This document shows positions 41,004-50,208 of a stretch of 64,000 bases of DNA, piece after piece; position 1 is the stretch's first letter; each line of letters starts with the position of its first letter. The DNA lies in assembly GCA_963733055.1 (NCBI GenBank), contig CAVTBR010000001.1:1440001-1504000 (forward strand), in the 5' to 3' direction. Source of the stretch: Candidatus Bathyarchaeota archaeon (GTDB lineage Archaea; Thermoproteota; Bathyarchaeia; 40CM-2-53-6). The position numbers and the translations under genes were made by a program. The notes under the pieces were generated by a model. That model searched no databases and was not told the DNA's origin. It was given only the letters and a program-made list of their open reading frames with translations.

Positions 41004-41792
41004 AGGAACCTGGACATTCTCGAAGCCTACCCTTAGTCCTATGAGACAAATTCAGCGAAATCCACGACCACTTCCGCTTCAAACCTCACGCAAACCTCTG
41101 TGTTCACACGCCTTGCATTCCACTGGAAGATCGAGAAAGAATGGGAGGCGCCCAGACGGACCCCCACCTAGAATCTGAATCCCTAGGGTTCCCATTGCTT
41201 AAATGACCTCAAACGGTCGCGATCTCTCAGTTTTCCGAACTCAAAACTTTAACCTCAAATTTCGAACGCTCCAATACCAAAGAAATTGCCATGGCTTACA
41301 CTCAAGTGAACCATCTCTGTTGCTTTCGCACATTGAGCAGACCAAGTTTCCTGACAATTACGATCGCCAGGAAAAATAGGGGAGTTTGCGGAAACTTTCG
41401 AAGATAGGCTCTTTTCAACCGCCTGAACCGACCCCACCGTCCACGAATGCCTTTACGAACTGGACTACTGGGTTGAAATCCCAAAGCGCCATCTTTGCGA
41501 CTGTTGCAACTTCATCAACCATTACGATCACCCCCATCCATTTTGTGTCAAAGAGGTCAGGAAGCATGTCAGGCACTGTCTTAACTCGAGGATGGATAAC
41601 AGGACTGAGAGACCCACGATGAGCTCGATCACTTGCATGCTTCTCTCACCAACACCGAATAATGCAGAGATCGAATTAGCTCAGTAGTCGCAGTATAGTT
41701 GCAACTTATGCATCAGACCTGTCGATTTGGGAAGTCACGAATTACTCTAGAACTAGAAAGCGAGCAAGTCTTTGGGAAGCCTTTACTGATCT

Positions 41793-41809
41793 TGCAACAG
41801 GATTGCAAC
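41793..41809 (+). promoter_or_regulatory. TGCAAC-N5-TGCAAC direct-repeat box, copy 1
   Basis: TGCAAC AGGAT TGCAAC; exact counterparts at 43393 and 44175. Confidence 0.65.
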
Positions 41810-42126
41810 GTCCACTGTAGATGTCTGGTGACATTAATCTCTGACAAGAATGGTTGGAGGTGAAAGGGAGCTATGACTTATGATGAGTACCGAAATCCTC
41901 TCAGACTTCGAACGCCGCTAGTGAGCCAAGATTACATCGATCTGCATCACGGTCAGTACAAAGGACCGTTCTATGTAAAGACCGATCCCAGACGCATCTA
42001 GAACACGAGCCTAAACCTTTCTAGAATCTCCACATTTTTCTTAACGAATCCTATGTCAGTTTGTGTCGGATCAATGCTAATCGAATTAGGTGCATTTGAT
42101 GGCGCTGCATTCTACCAGGTTTGGAG

Positions 42127-42744
42127 CTAACCTTTCTTATTGCAGAGCATGCATTCATATTTGCCTAAAGAATCCCTGGCGTGGGGAATGTTCCCTCTAT
42201 GTTGCTTGCAGGTCATATACTTGATTGACTTATTGATTATCTTCTCAAGCCAATCCTTAATTTCTGCTGATTTGGGGCTCAAGCGCGATACAATTCTATG
42301 AAGGTCTCTAGCTCCTAGATCGGTAATCGTATACTGCGTATAGAATTTGGTTTCTTCATTTCGGATAGATGCAATGAACTTTTTCTTCACAAGGCGGTTG
42401 TAGTACGTTTTAGATGTCTTCGTGCGATCAAAGGAGTAACTTAACCGAGGTTCTGATGCGATTCTCCATAATTGATATCTGTTGAAAGTAACTCCGAATG
42501 TCGGATCGGTCTGAACGGATTTGGGTAGAGTTCCCATGTTCGAGTAGGGTCCGTGCTGGGCATAGAACAGAACAGCGAGATAACGCACTTCCTCAAGTTT
42601 AGGATCCTTGTTAAGCACGTAGATGAAATCAGCTCTCTCCAAGACGTTCAGCACAAACTCTATTTCTTCAGTGGAAAGAGGTTGCGCATCGTCGTCATTG
42701 CCCTGCCCGGTGTCTGCAGGCATGTCAGGCATTTCTCCTGTCAA
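42127..42744 (-). CDS. wHTH-like protein with C-terminal Zn-binding motif
   Basis: YYNRLVKKKFI..YTITDLG wing; CKQH..CMLC. Confidence 0.6.
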   Translation of the reverse strand: MTGEMPDMPADTGQGNDDDAQPLSTEEIEFVLNVLERADFIYVLNKDPKLEEVRYLAVLFYAQHGPYSNMGTLPKSVQTDPTFGVTFNRYQLWRIASEPRLSYSFDRTKTSKTYYNRLVKKKFIASIRNEETKFYTQYTITDLGARDLHRIVSRLSPKSAEIKDWLEKIINKSIKYMTCKQHRGNIPHARDSLGKYECMLCNKKG

Positions 42745-42746
42745 GC

Positions 42747-43130
42747 TTACCTTCGCAAATACTTCTTGCTCAGTTTTCTAATAGCCGCCTTTAGTGACCG
42801 TTGTCTTGAGTCAGTTACTATCATTTCTACAAGACCTTCGACTTCCTTCCAGGTGGCTTTTTTTCCCAAGCCGAGTCGAGACGAGAGCTTGGGTATCTCC
42901 TCTCTATCCACATTGAACAGTTGATCGATCAGGCTGAAAATCAAGATGGCTCTGGCTTGGAGAGTAATTCCTTTTGGTACGTACTGATCCATAGAATCCA
43001 GGTGCGTCTCAACGCTGCGTATATCTTGCACCATGATACTTGATTGACTTAGGTCGGTTCCTCCTCGCAACATTCGATCATGCAACCTCCAAACCCGTAA
43101 AATGCTGGAGGCCTCATCAAGCATGCTCAC
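42747..43130 (-). CDS. hypothetical protein
   Basis: 127-aa ORF tightly packed with neighbours. Confidence 0.6.
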   Translation of the reverse strand: MSMLDEASSILRVWRLHDRMLRGGTDLSQSSIMVQDIRSVETHLDSMDQYVPKGITLQARAILIFSLIDQLFNVDREEIPKLSSRLGLGKKATWKEVEGLVEMIVTDSRQRSLKAAIRKLSKKYLRR

Positions 43131-43333
43131 GACTCAGAAACCTCAAGGCAATAGGGGAGATGGACGCCAATTAAGACATTCGGTGTCAGGAATCTCTCTA
43201 CCTGCAACGTTGCGACCATCATTGGGGGGCAATTATGCGAAATGTGTTCTAGACAGAACACGCAACCGCACCCTAGGCAGTCCACTTTGCCCTTTCTGCC
43301 GCACATTACACAAGCAGATTCCTTGAGCACCAT
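43127..43333 (-). CDS. small AN1/B-box-like zinc finger protein
   Basis: C-x2-C-x7-C-x2-C-x4-C-x2-H-x2-H-x-C. Confidence 0.65.
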   Translation of the reverse strand: MVLKESACVMCGRKGKVDCLGCGCVFCLEHISHNCPPMMVATLQVERFLTPNVLIGVHLPYCLEVSES

Positions 43334-43392
43334 CTTGTATCACCAAAAAATCAATTAGACTTCAGAAAATCTATACCCATAGTCGCAGAAAC

Positions 43393-43409
43393 GTTGCAAG
43401 GGCGTTGCA
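43393..43409 (-). promoter_or_regulatory. TGCAAC-N5-TGCAAC box, copy 2
   Basis: Plus strand GTTGCA AGGGC GTTGCA, 60 nt upstream of the 43333 start. Confidence 0.65.
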
Positions 43410-43574
43410 CCACGAAAGAACACGCGCTATGGTCGATCCTTTCAAATGATGAGTTCCTACGAACTGAACACAGCTAAATGGGAGAAGATGAGCTCATCTA
43501 CGCGATTCTGAGTAATCACTAGAGTTGTGATAGTTTTCGTCCTGCACTAACTAATCCTTGTACTGGTAACAGCG

Positions 43575-44273
43575 CTATTCCGGAGGTATGTTCAGCAGTT
43601 TAATTCTCTTCCATAGGGGAAGCAGGCACTTCACGCACTCGTTGCTCCAGTTAAGTGCAAGGTTATTTCGCTTTCCTTCAACACGCCAGATGATTAATTC
43701 AGATTGGTTGAGTTGCTCAAGAAGTCTCTTGAATTTGGGTCTGCGTATGGTCGTAAGTGGAATACCCGCTAAGTAAGCTAGTTCTGTGAGGTTTGTATAT
43801 TGTGTAGGATCTCTCCTTAGCTGGGCCAGAGCCATGCCCAGCCTATGCATTTGAGCATGGCCATACCATTGTGAGATAGCCATTGCAAGCTTTCTTGTTT
43901 CGACCTCATACTTCTTACGAGAGGCTACTTCGAGTAGAAGTGCATTCAATTCTTCTTTTACGATTTTTCGCAGAAGTCCCTTGACTATGATTGCGGACCG
44001 GAATTGCTTGTCAATTATCAAAGTTGAGCTGGATTTGGAATTATTGGAATCATTTTGCCCTGCATCTTGTTTGTCAATGGGATCCGATGGTCGATTTCTG
44101 TATCTGTCCCGGGTCGCAGCTTGCAATTTAGCCACCTTTACAATTATGTGGCTATTGGCGAGTTTACCATGAATGTTGCAGATTGGTTGCACAGCGCCCT
44201 TCGGCACACTTAGTTTTTGGCAAGACGACTTTGCGTCATACATCCATACATCTTTGCAACTAAACAGCAACAT
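43575..44273 (-). CDS. protein with C-terminal winged HTH; true start probably below 44175
   Basis: NLTELAYLAGIPLTTI..LLEQLNQSELIIWRVEGKRNNLALNW. Confidence 0.65.
   Translation of the reverse strand: MLLFSCKDVWMYDAKSSCQKLSVPKGAVQPICNIHGKLANSHIIVKVAKLQAATRDRYRNRPSDPIDKQDAGQNDSNNSKSSSTLIIDKQFRSAIIVKGLLRKIVKEELNALLLEVASRKKYEVETRKLAMAISQWYGHAQMHRLGMALAQLRRDPTQYTNLTELAYLAGIPLTTIRRPKFKRLLEQLNQSELIIWRVEGKRNNLALNWSNECVKCLLPLWKRIKLLNIPPE
44175..44191 (-). promoter_or_regulatory. TGCAAC-N5-TGCAAC box, copy 3
   Basis: Plus strand GTTGCA GATTG GTTGCA. Confidence 0.6.
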
Positions 44274-44525
44274 CCCTTCTAGATACTAGAATCAACTTAG
44301 CTTGCTCACGAGCGGAGGTGAAATTTGTCATGCTCTATTGCCCCGTTGACCCATTGTGCGTAGGTCTCATCTACCGGAAACGTCATTTCGTCCGGCAGTC
44401 CTACATGGATAATCGTGCACCGTACTCAGGCGAGACCGACTAGGTTCTCAGGTCATCTCGCAAGACACAAATCGCATAGTGGACTAGGCTGAGTATATGT
44501 GAAATAGCTGATAGCAGAATGCTTG

Positions 44526-46223
44526 CTAACTGAATGAAATGGTTGAATCCGGTTGCCCAAAGAGAACGTAGGCCGCCCAAGTCACGAGGTCAGTGGTCTT
44601 TGTCCCTTCTAGACGAGCAAGTTGAAGCGCTGTTCCAACAGACGTTCCCGAACATAGTCTTCTGTAAAAAGCGATAGCTATCTTTCTTGCCAAATCGTCA
44701 AAGACTGGCCATAGTGTTCCAACATAGGCTCTAGCCCCTGCCGACGTGAATGCCGAGGCTAAGCCTTCAATACGTGGCGTTACCATGAATTCGCTCACAT
44801 GGATCTCTTGATCTTCGATCCCCGTTTCGCACGCGTTCACGAAGACGACGGGAGAACCACCCAGAAGATTGTATATCTCATTGGCGCTCATGGGAATTGT
44901 TCCTCCAGAGCCATTATTTAGAAGTAGAAAAGCCTCCTTATGCTCCTTCAGATATCCAGCATGTCCAGAGTAGTGCACTATATCGTAGGCCTGAGCTAAT
45001 AACCGAGCCACAGTTTCCGGGGTGACCTTTTTCCCAGTGACAATATCGACCTCGATCTTGTCCGCCATCTCAGAAGTTTCGACATTGCGAGCTATTTCCT
45101 CTGCTTCTTCGCGAGCCTCGGGCAACGCTTTTCCAGTCACATTTTCGAGAGGATCCGCAAGGATTAGCATTTTCAGCTTCGCAGGCATCGTGGCTGGTAC
45201 TAAGTGCCTTTGTGGGAAAAACGGTCTGATGATAGTTCTACCCATGGAATACTGTCGGCACAGGAAATCCCGTCCGTCATGCAACAACTCCCAAGGAATC
45301 TTAGAATCATCGGTCGAGATGACCAGGTAGCCATCATGGGATCGCAAGTCAGCCCCTATATCCTTCGGAATCAAAGAAGCAAACAGCCCTTTCCCAAGTT
45401 CTTCTAGATTGGGAGGAGGGCCTTCGGATTCAAGCATCAGTTCACGATGGATACTTCGGTTTGCGAGTGAATCATGTAACGAAAGATCATATGTGATCCT
45501 GCCTTGTAGATTTTTAGCGAAGTGAGAGAGAAGTCTTCTGTTCAAACGCTTATGGAATGGTCCAACTGGGTTGGGAAGATCGCTTCTCTCATAAACGATA
45601 GCGAATCCATCTCGCGAGCTTTGCATTAGCAATTTTGTCATGAAAGCTCTCTCATGGACTCGATTCTGAATTCGTCGAGGTTTCCATTTTTCGCGATATG
45701 TCACGACGGTTTGAAACTGTTCTTTCGAAAGTCGCGAAAGTTCAGGGGCGCCTTTGGTAATCATCTGGCAAGCGCGGTCTCCGCGGTCTATTAGCTCGTC
45801 AGCCTCCCTCGCAGCTTTCCTCTCGACGTCGAGTAGAAGTGCAGTTAGGCCAACTAGCCCGGTAGCCTCGACGTCAAGAGTGCCCTGGACCGAAGTCTGG
45901 TTATCGCCAGTTCGACAATAAGTGAGTGTTGCAAGAGCCTGCTGAGACAATCCGAACTTATGCGCTGAGACGAGATACTTGGCTACGCCTTTTTCAGAGT
46001 CGCCCTCGATAATAATCAGTTGAACGGAGCCACGCCCTTTGAATCTCTTTTTTCCAACAAGCGGATTGACTATACTCCAGAATCCGTCCCGCTCCTTTAC
46101 CACATTCCACCTGTGATCCATCATTGTGTCAAGGATATCCCAGTTCTCACAAAAACAGCGAACAACATCGGGAGTCGTCTGGATGATTCTGCCACGTTCG
46201 ATATGGAGATGCAATCTCAACAC
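44526..46223 (-). CDS. CHAT-domain (caspase-like) protease with unknown N-terminal domain
   Basis: IPWELL, LILADP, LPEAREE, VHYSGHA (His), FVNACET (Cys), GLASAF..AGA, GTLWPV.D, WAAYVLFG. Confidence 0.9.
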   Translation of the reverse strand: MLRLHLHIERGRIIQTTPDVVRCFCENWDILDTMMDHRWNVVKERDGFWSIVNPLVGKKRFKGRGSVQLIIIEGDSEKGVAKYLVSAHKFGLSQQALATLTYCRTGDNQTSVQGTLDVEATGLVGLTALLLDVERKAAREADELIDRGDRACQMITKGAPELSRLSKEQFQTVVTYREKWKPRRIQNRVHERAFMTKLLMQSSRDGFAIVYERSDLPNPVGPFHKRLNRRLLSHFAKNLQGRITYDLSLHDSLANRSIHRELMLESEGPPPNLEELGKGLFASLIPKDIGADLRSHDGYLVISTDDSKIPWELLHDGRDFLCRQYSMGRTIIRPFFPQRHLVPATMPAKLKMLILADPLENVTGKALPEAREEAEEIARNVETSEMADKIEVDIVTGKKVTPETVARLLAQAYDIVHYSGHAGYLKEHKEAFLLLNNGSGGTIPMSANEIYNLLGGSPVVFVNACETGIEDQEIHVSEFMVTPRIEGLASAFTSAGARAYVGTLWPVFDDLARKIAIAFYRRLCSGTSVGTALQLARLEGTKTTDLVTWAAYVLFGQPDSTISFS

Positions 46224-46699
46224 TAGAGTTAACTCAATTACCGAGTAGGAATCCTATAAGTAAAGCGCCGCGGAGCCTCCACGACCGTTTCAAGAGTTAC
46301 CTAGTTGTTGGACGGAAAGTGGACCGCTTTCCATAGCTCATCTGAAAGGAAAGAAAGGGGAAGGGATGGAAGAGGGCAGTTATCAGGTCAGTAACGAATG
46401 GTCCTTGGGACGTAGTGGTTAGAAATATCTGGCACAGAAATCGTAGCGGTGTGGGTAGCTAGATCTATGTCCGCAAGTTGTCCTCCGATCATCCCTATTG
46501 TTCTAGACGGTAAGGGTCTGAACCGGTCCAACGGGTCGTACAAGTCATTTTCACTTCGCTTGGCAGTAACGGCGTATCCAAAGGACTAACCTTCTGTCGC
46601 AATCTAGATGCAAAGCAGTTGCTGAGCCGTTAGTTACCCTCCACTCAGCCATCATTCATAATTATGGTGCAACTTGAGCAACTAGATTCCTCAAAACGG

Positions 46700-46731
46700 A
46701 CTCTTGTATCTAAGAGAATGTCACTTCCATA
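46700..46731 (+). repeat. 32-bp direct repeat, copy 1, containing CTCTT-N6-AAGAG
   Basis: ACTCTTGTATCTAAGAGAATGTCACTTCCATA; 27/32 identical to 49711-49742. Confidence 0.8.
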
Positions 46732-46734
46732 CAG

Positions 46735-47460
46735 ATGTCAATGGGAGATGTTCACATGTTTGAACACAATTTGTTGACACTTGGAGCAGCATCATTTGGA
46801 GTCATTCAGTTTCTAGGTCAAACTCTCTTAGCCATCATTGTCTGCGCGGCTGTTATCGCGTTCGCGATTCTCTTTGCTGGGAAATTGGGGATCTTTGCGC
46901 GGAAAAGAGTTGAGGATTGGACAAGGGAGTTCACACCAAGGATTTCAAGAAGCCGTTCCACTGTTGGGAAAGCTACGAGAACTCATGCACAAACTTTCAC
47001 ATATGATCCTGATGCCAAAGAGGCAAATGCTTACAGTTCTGATAGAAATTTCAAAGTTTGGTCAAAGGCATTCCCTATAGAGAAACGAGTGTACGAAGAG
47101 TTCGATGGACTGTTAAGGTCAAATTCGCCAACACGATTTCTTCTTTTGAGTACTGATCCACCAACCCTCAAGATGACTCAATGGGGGCCGATGCCGATCG
47201 TAACCGCACTGTATCAAGTTGAAGATCTCGATAAGTTTCCAGAATACTATACAACGCTGCCCAAGAACGTTGTCGCTACAGCTCACAACCATCTGAAAGA
47301 CGCGAGTATTGCTGAGCATGATATCGAGATTTTCGAAAGCATTGATCGGCTCATAGGAATGAAGGTACATGTGATCGGCACGAAGATTGAACGCCGGATG
47401 TATTGCACGGGTGATGGTCCTGTTTTCACAGGACATGCGGCGGTTGGAGGTGAAAAGTGA
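46735..47460 (+). CDS. membrane-anchored JAB/JAMM-like metalloprotease ending in GG-EK
   Basis: N-terminal TM; VVATAHNHLKDASIAEHD resembles HxH..xxD; C-terminus HAAVGGEK. Confidence 0.5.
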   Translation: MSMGDVHMFEHNLLTLGAASFGVIQFLGQTLLAIIVCAAVIAFAILFAGKLGIFARKRVEDWTREFTPRISRSRSTVGKATRTHAQTFTYDPDAKEANAYSSDRNFKVWSKAFPIEKRVYEEFDGLLRSNSPTRFLLLSTDPPTLKMTQWGPMPIVTALYQVEDLDKFPEYYTTLPKNVVATAHNHLKDASIAEHDIEIFESIDRLIGMKVHVIGTKIERRMYCTGDGPVFTGHAAVGGEK

Positions 47461-47558
47461 ACCTTGGGAAATTGGCATGATGGAGAAGTCCCTCAACCTA
47501 GAGCGGAAACAAGTGGAATGAAATCAAGTGAACCACCAGATCTGGAGTATGCGTAACA

Positions 47559-47888
47559 ATGCGATACCAGTATCGGTATATTGCCGGACGTCGTTTCATC
47601 TACCTAGAAGACTATCACCTGCCATCTACATGTCAGTGCGACTTCACCCACTCCACCATTTCGCTTCTGGTTGATGTTGATGGTGACAAGCCGCTCTTGT
47701 ACGTTCCAACCATGTTGCAGTGCTTTCGTGGCACTTCATTCCATCTCAATCAACCTGCTCCAAGCTATCTCGGCCGTGGTTGGAAGTGGGCGTGCTGGGA
47801 GATTGAGGATTGGAGCTACAATAGGTACGGGGGAGAGGCGCTGGTCAACCTCATAGACAACTACTTCACAAACTATTGGAGAACATGA
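47559..47888 (+). CDS. prokaryotic E2/UBC-like protein (family E-like)
   Basis: FIYLEDYHLP..ISLLV..LYVP..L..FH...GWKWACW...W pattern; stop overlaps the E1 start. Confidence 0.55.
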   Translation: MRYQYRYIAGRRFIYLEDYHLPSTCQCDFTHSTISLLVDVDGDKPLLYVPTMLQCFRGTSFHLNQPAPSYLGRGWKWACWEIEDWSYNRYGGEALVNLIDNYFTNYWRT

Positions 47889-49144
47889 ATTTGGAATCGA
47901 GAGTAAGTTATGAGTCATGGGCATTGCCTGTATACTTAGAGATAGTAGACCATTTCGAGAGAAACAAACCAAACGAATCATTTGGCGTAGGCTTAGCGGA
48001 GGAATACCCAGACCCATACAGACCTGGCTGGGTTTGGCACAAAGTAAGGAAAGTCGTAATTCCCGCAGATGAGGACTATCAGGCTCAGAACGGAGTATAC
48101 ATCAAACTGAAACGCAGCTTCATCGACAGGCTGATCGAAACTGCCGAAGAGACTAAGCTTCAACCGAAAGTATTTGATCACTGCCAACCCATCGATGTTC
48201 TAAGTCAGACAGATTTTGATACAATGAGGAAAGTCGAAGCTTATTACAAGAACACGGTGACAGGATCTTACAACAGATACCACCGATTCTTTAGACTCAC
48301 CGAAACTGGAACAGAAATTGTGCCATGGAGCGTTGATGACGGAACTAACAATAGGCAGATTCTTGCGTACGGGGAGGAAACCCAACACCGAATTAGAACC
48401 TCATCAGTTCTTATCGCCGGCGTAGGGGGAATCGGCTGGAAGTGCGGCACCGATTCGCTACTCAAGGGAATCAGCAAGTTTGGCTTAGTTGATCCGGACA
48501 CGATTGAGAGATCAAACCTCTCAAGAATCCCATTACCTGAAACGCAGACTGGACAATACAAGGTAACACAATTGAAGAGAATAATGGAAGACCTACGGCC
48601 AAATGTAATATGCGACACGTGGTCCTCGAAGGTTCAGGACATCCCCAAAGATCAGCTGTCAAATTACGATGTCTGGATTGTCACTACTGACAACGTCAAA
48701 TCACGCGAGTATCTCAATCGAACGTCATTTGAGCTAGGAATTCCGACAATACAGGTCGGAGCCAGCCTCGAGAATGGCAACAGGGCTGTAAGTTGTCGAA
48801 CAGTAGTCCCTGGACGTACGCCTCAATGCTACTCGTGTTGGAAGGACTACACGCTCGAACAAATGCAGCGTGACTACTATACCCCGGAACAACTGGCCAG
48901 GATAAAGCAATCAAACCATCCGTACAATCTTCCAAGCCCAGTTCCCAGCATCGTAGACGTCAACTCGCTCGCTGCTGGACTCACTGGCGAAGCATTATTC
49001 AGAGTGCTGACAAACCAGAAGATAATCCCGAAAATATACGTGGACCTCAAGACAATGGAAACAAACATTTACGAGGGTAAGCAAGATCCCAATTGCAAAG
49101 TTTGCTCTGATTCCAATTTTTTCCTATCGAATGAACCCAACTGA
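47885..49144 (+). CDS. degenerate JAB domain fused to ThiF/E1-like adenylyltransferase
   Basis: N-terminal NE..VVIP.DEDY..FDHCQP..LSQTD. E1 RQ, IAGVGGIG, VDPD.IE.SNLSR, G.YKV, TTDN..SR, CYSC, CKVC. Confidence 0.85.
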   Translation: MNLESRVSYESWALPVYLEIVDHFERNKPNESFGVGLAEEYPDPYRPGWVWHKVRKVVIPADEDYQAQNGVYIKLKRSFIDRLIETAEETKLQPKVFDHCQPIDVLSQTDFDTMRKVEAYYKNTVTGSYNRYHRFFRLTETGTEIVPWSVDDGTNNRQILAYGEETQHRIRTSSVLIAGVGGIGWKCGTDSLLKGISKFGLVDPDTIERSNLSRIPLPETQTGQYKVTQLKRIMEDLRPNVICDTWSSKVQDIPKDQLSNYDVWIVTTDNVKSREYLNRTSFELGIPTIQVGASLENGNRAVSCRTVVPGRTPQCYSCWKDYTLEQMQRDYYTPEQLARIKQSNHPYNLPSPVPSIVDVNSLAAGLTGEALFRVLTNQKIIPKIYVDLKTMETNIYEGKQDPNCKVCSDSNFFLSNEPN

Positions 49145-49319
49145 TCGACTAAGTGCTTCTTGGCCGAGATACTAGATTGTGGTGTCTCCTCTTTCAGTAA
49201 CTTCATTCTCTTTACGTTATCGGTACTACTATCCTCTGATGATTCGACTGCCTGCAGAGGTGACCAGTAACTTCAGTGGCTCTGATAAGCGCCCGCCTGT
49301 TTCTCGATTCGAATCCATG

Positions 49320-49664
49320 TCACCTGAATCTCCTGCTGAGAGTGAATATGCGAGTCAAAACGGGGATAGTTATCAGCTCGGTGTGTACGAAGGGGATTAG
49401 TAGCGGGAATAGGTTGCTGTAGCCTAGGGTCCTAGCTAAGGCATATGATGTTAGAGGATCAATAACTATCTCGTTTGCAACCCAGACCGCTAATGCCACC
49501 AAGCCTAATTTCTTGTGTGTTTTGAGTTCGTTCAGCAGTTTTCGTGGATCTAATCTTGAGGTCACGCAATCCAAAATGACGTCTTTTCTCGAGTTCATGA
49601 ATGCGTGATTGGGTGAAAGACGAATTGGGTCAAACGTCGCAGTCGTGGAGCACGCGTGTTGCAT
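49320..49664 (-). CDS. small hypothetical membrane protein
   Basis: Hydrophobic LGLVALAVWVANEIVI; start uncertain. Confidence 0.45.
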   Translation of the reverse strand: MQHACSTTATFDPIRLSPNHAFMNSRKDVILDCVTSRLDPRKLLNELKTHKKLGLVALAVWVANEIVIDPLTSYALARTLGYSNLFPLLIPFVHTELITIPVLTRIFTLSRRFR

Positions 49665-49674
49665 TCACGTTGCG
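49658..49674 (-). promoter_or_regulatory. TGCAAC-N5-TGCAAC box, copy 4 (one mismatch)
   Basis: Plus strand GTTGCA TTCAC GTTGCG. Confidence 0.5.
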
Positions 49675-49710
49675 TTAGAGCAATTTGGTTAACGAAACTT
49701 GCCATATTGA

Positions 49711-49742
49711 ACTCTTGAAACTAAGAGAATGTGGCGTCCATA
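49711..49742 (+). repeat. 32-bp direct repeat, copy 2
   Basis: ACTCTTGAAACTAAGAGAATGTGGCGTCCATA. Confidence 0.8.
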
Positions 49743-49932
49743 GCACTCTACGGAGAAGTTTGCATGTCCGGATTCGGACCTTTTGGAGAACGTGAGAATG
49801 AACCGCTCGATAGCAACTGCTACACTCTTTGTCGGTGGGGCATAGGTTGGACGGAATCCATCAGGTCACGAAGCGTTCTGGAAGAACCCGTCTATCCCCT
49901 CTCGCGTAAAAACGAAGATGGAGGGAATCATA

Positions 49933-50208
49933 ATGTTTGAAGATGTGATTCCTTACAACTTGATTGGAATTGCGATTATCGTCACTTTCTGTTACTTGGG
50001 AATGAAGACAAGGAACGCACTCATGCAGCTTCTCAGTTTCATTATTGTCATCTTGGTTGGAGCCTCACTTGCAGGTTTCTTTGATCTCGTTCAGTCCGTT
50101 GTTGCTATAGGATTCGCAGGTGTTGCACTGGTGATACTGTTGGCGTTAGTCCTCGTCTACATGCTCGTGTCCAAGATTGGTAGTTGGATGAGAAGTGCAC
50201 CACCTTGA
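49933..50208 (+). CDS. small 3-TM membrane protein
   Basis: GGAGG upstream of ATG 49933; three hydrophobic segments. Confidence 0.65.
   Translation: MFEDVIPYNLIGIAIIVTFCYLGMKTRNALMQLLSFIIVILVGASLAGFFDLVQSVVAIGFAGVALVILLALVLVYMLVSKIGSWMRSAPP

Noticed and set aside
41142-41194. tRNA-like fold GGGAG..CCTAG/CTAGG..TTCCCA
   Set aside because: Too short, with no D or anticodon arm and a non-canonical T loop.
41870-41900. Hammerhead-like TGATGA-GTAC-CGAAA
   Set aside because: Lacks the C of CUGANGA, a viable stem II and flanking stems.
47885-49144. Ordinary ThiF/MoeB cofactor biosynthesis gene
   Set aside because: It has an N-terminal JAB-like fusion and a coupled E2-like gene, with no ThiS/MoaD or thiamine/Moco genes nearby.
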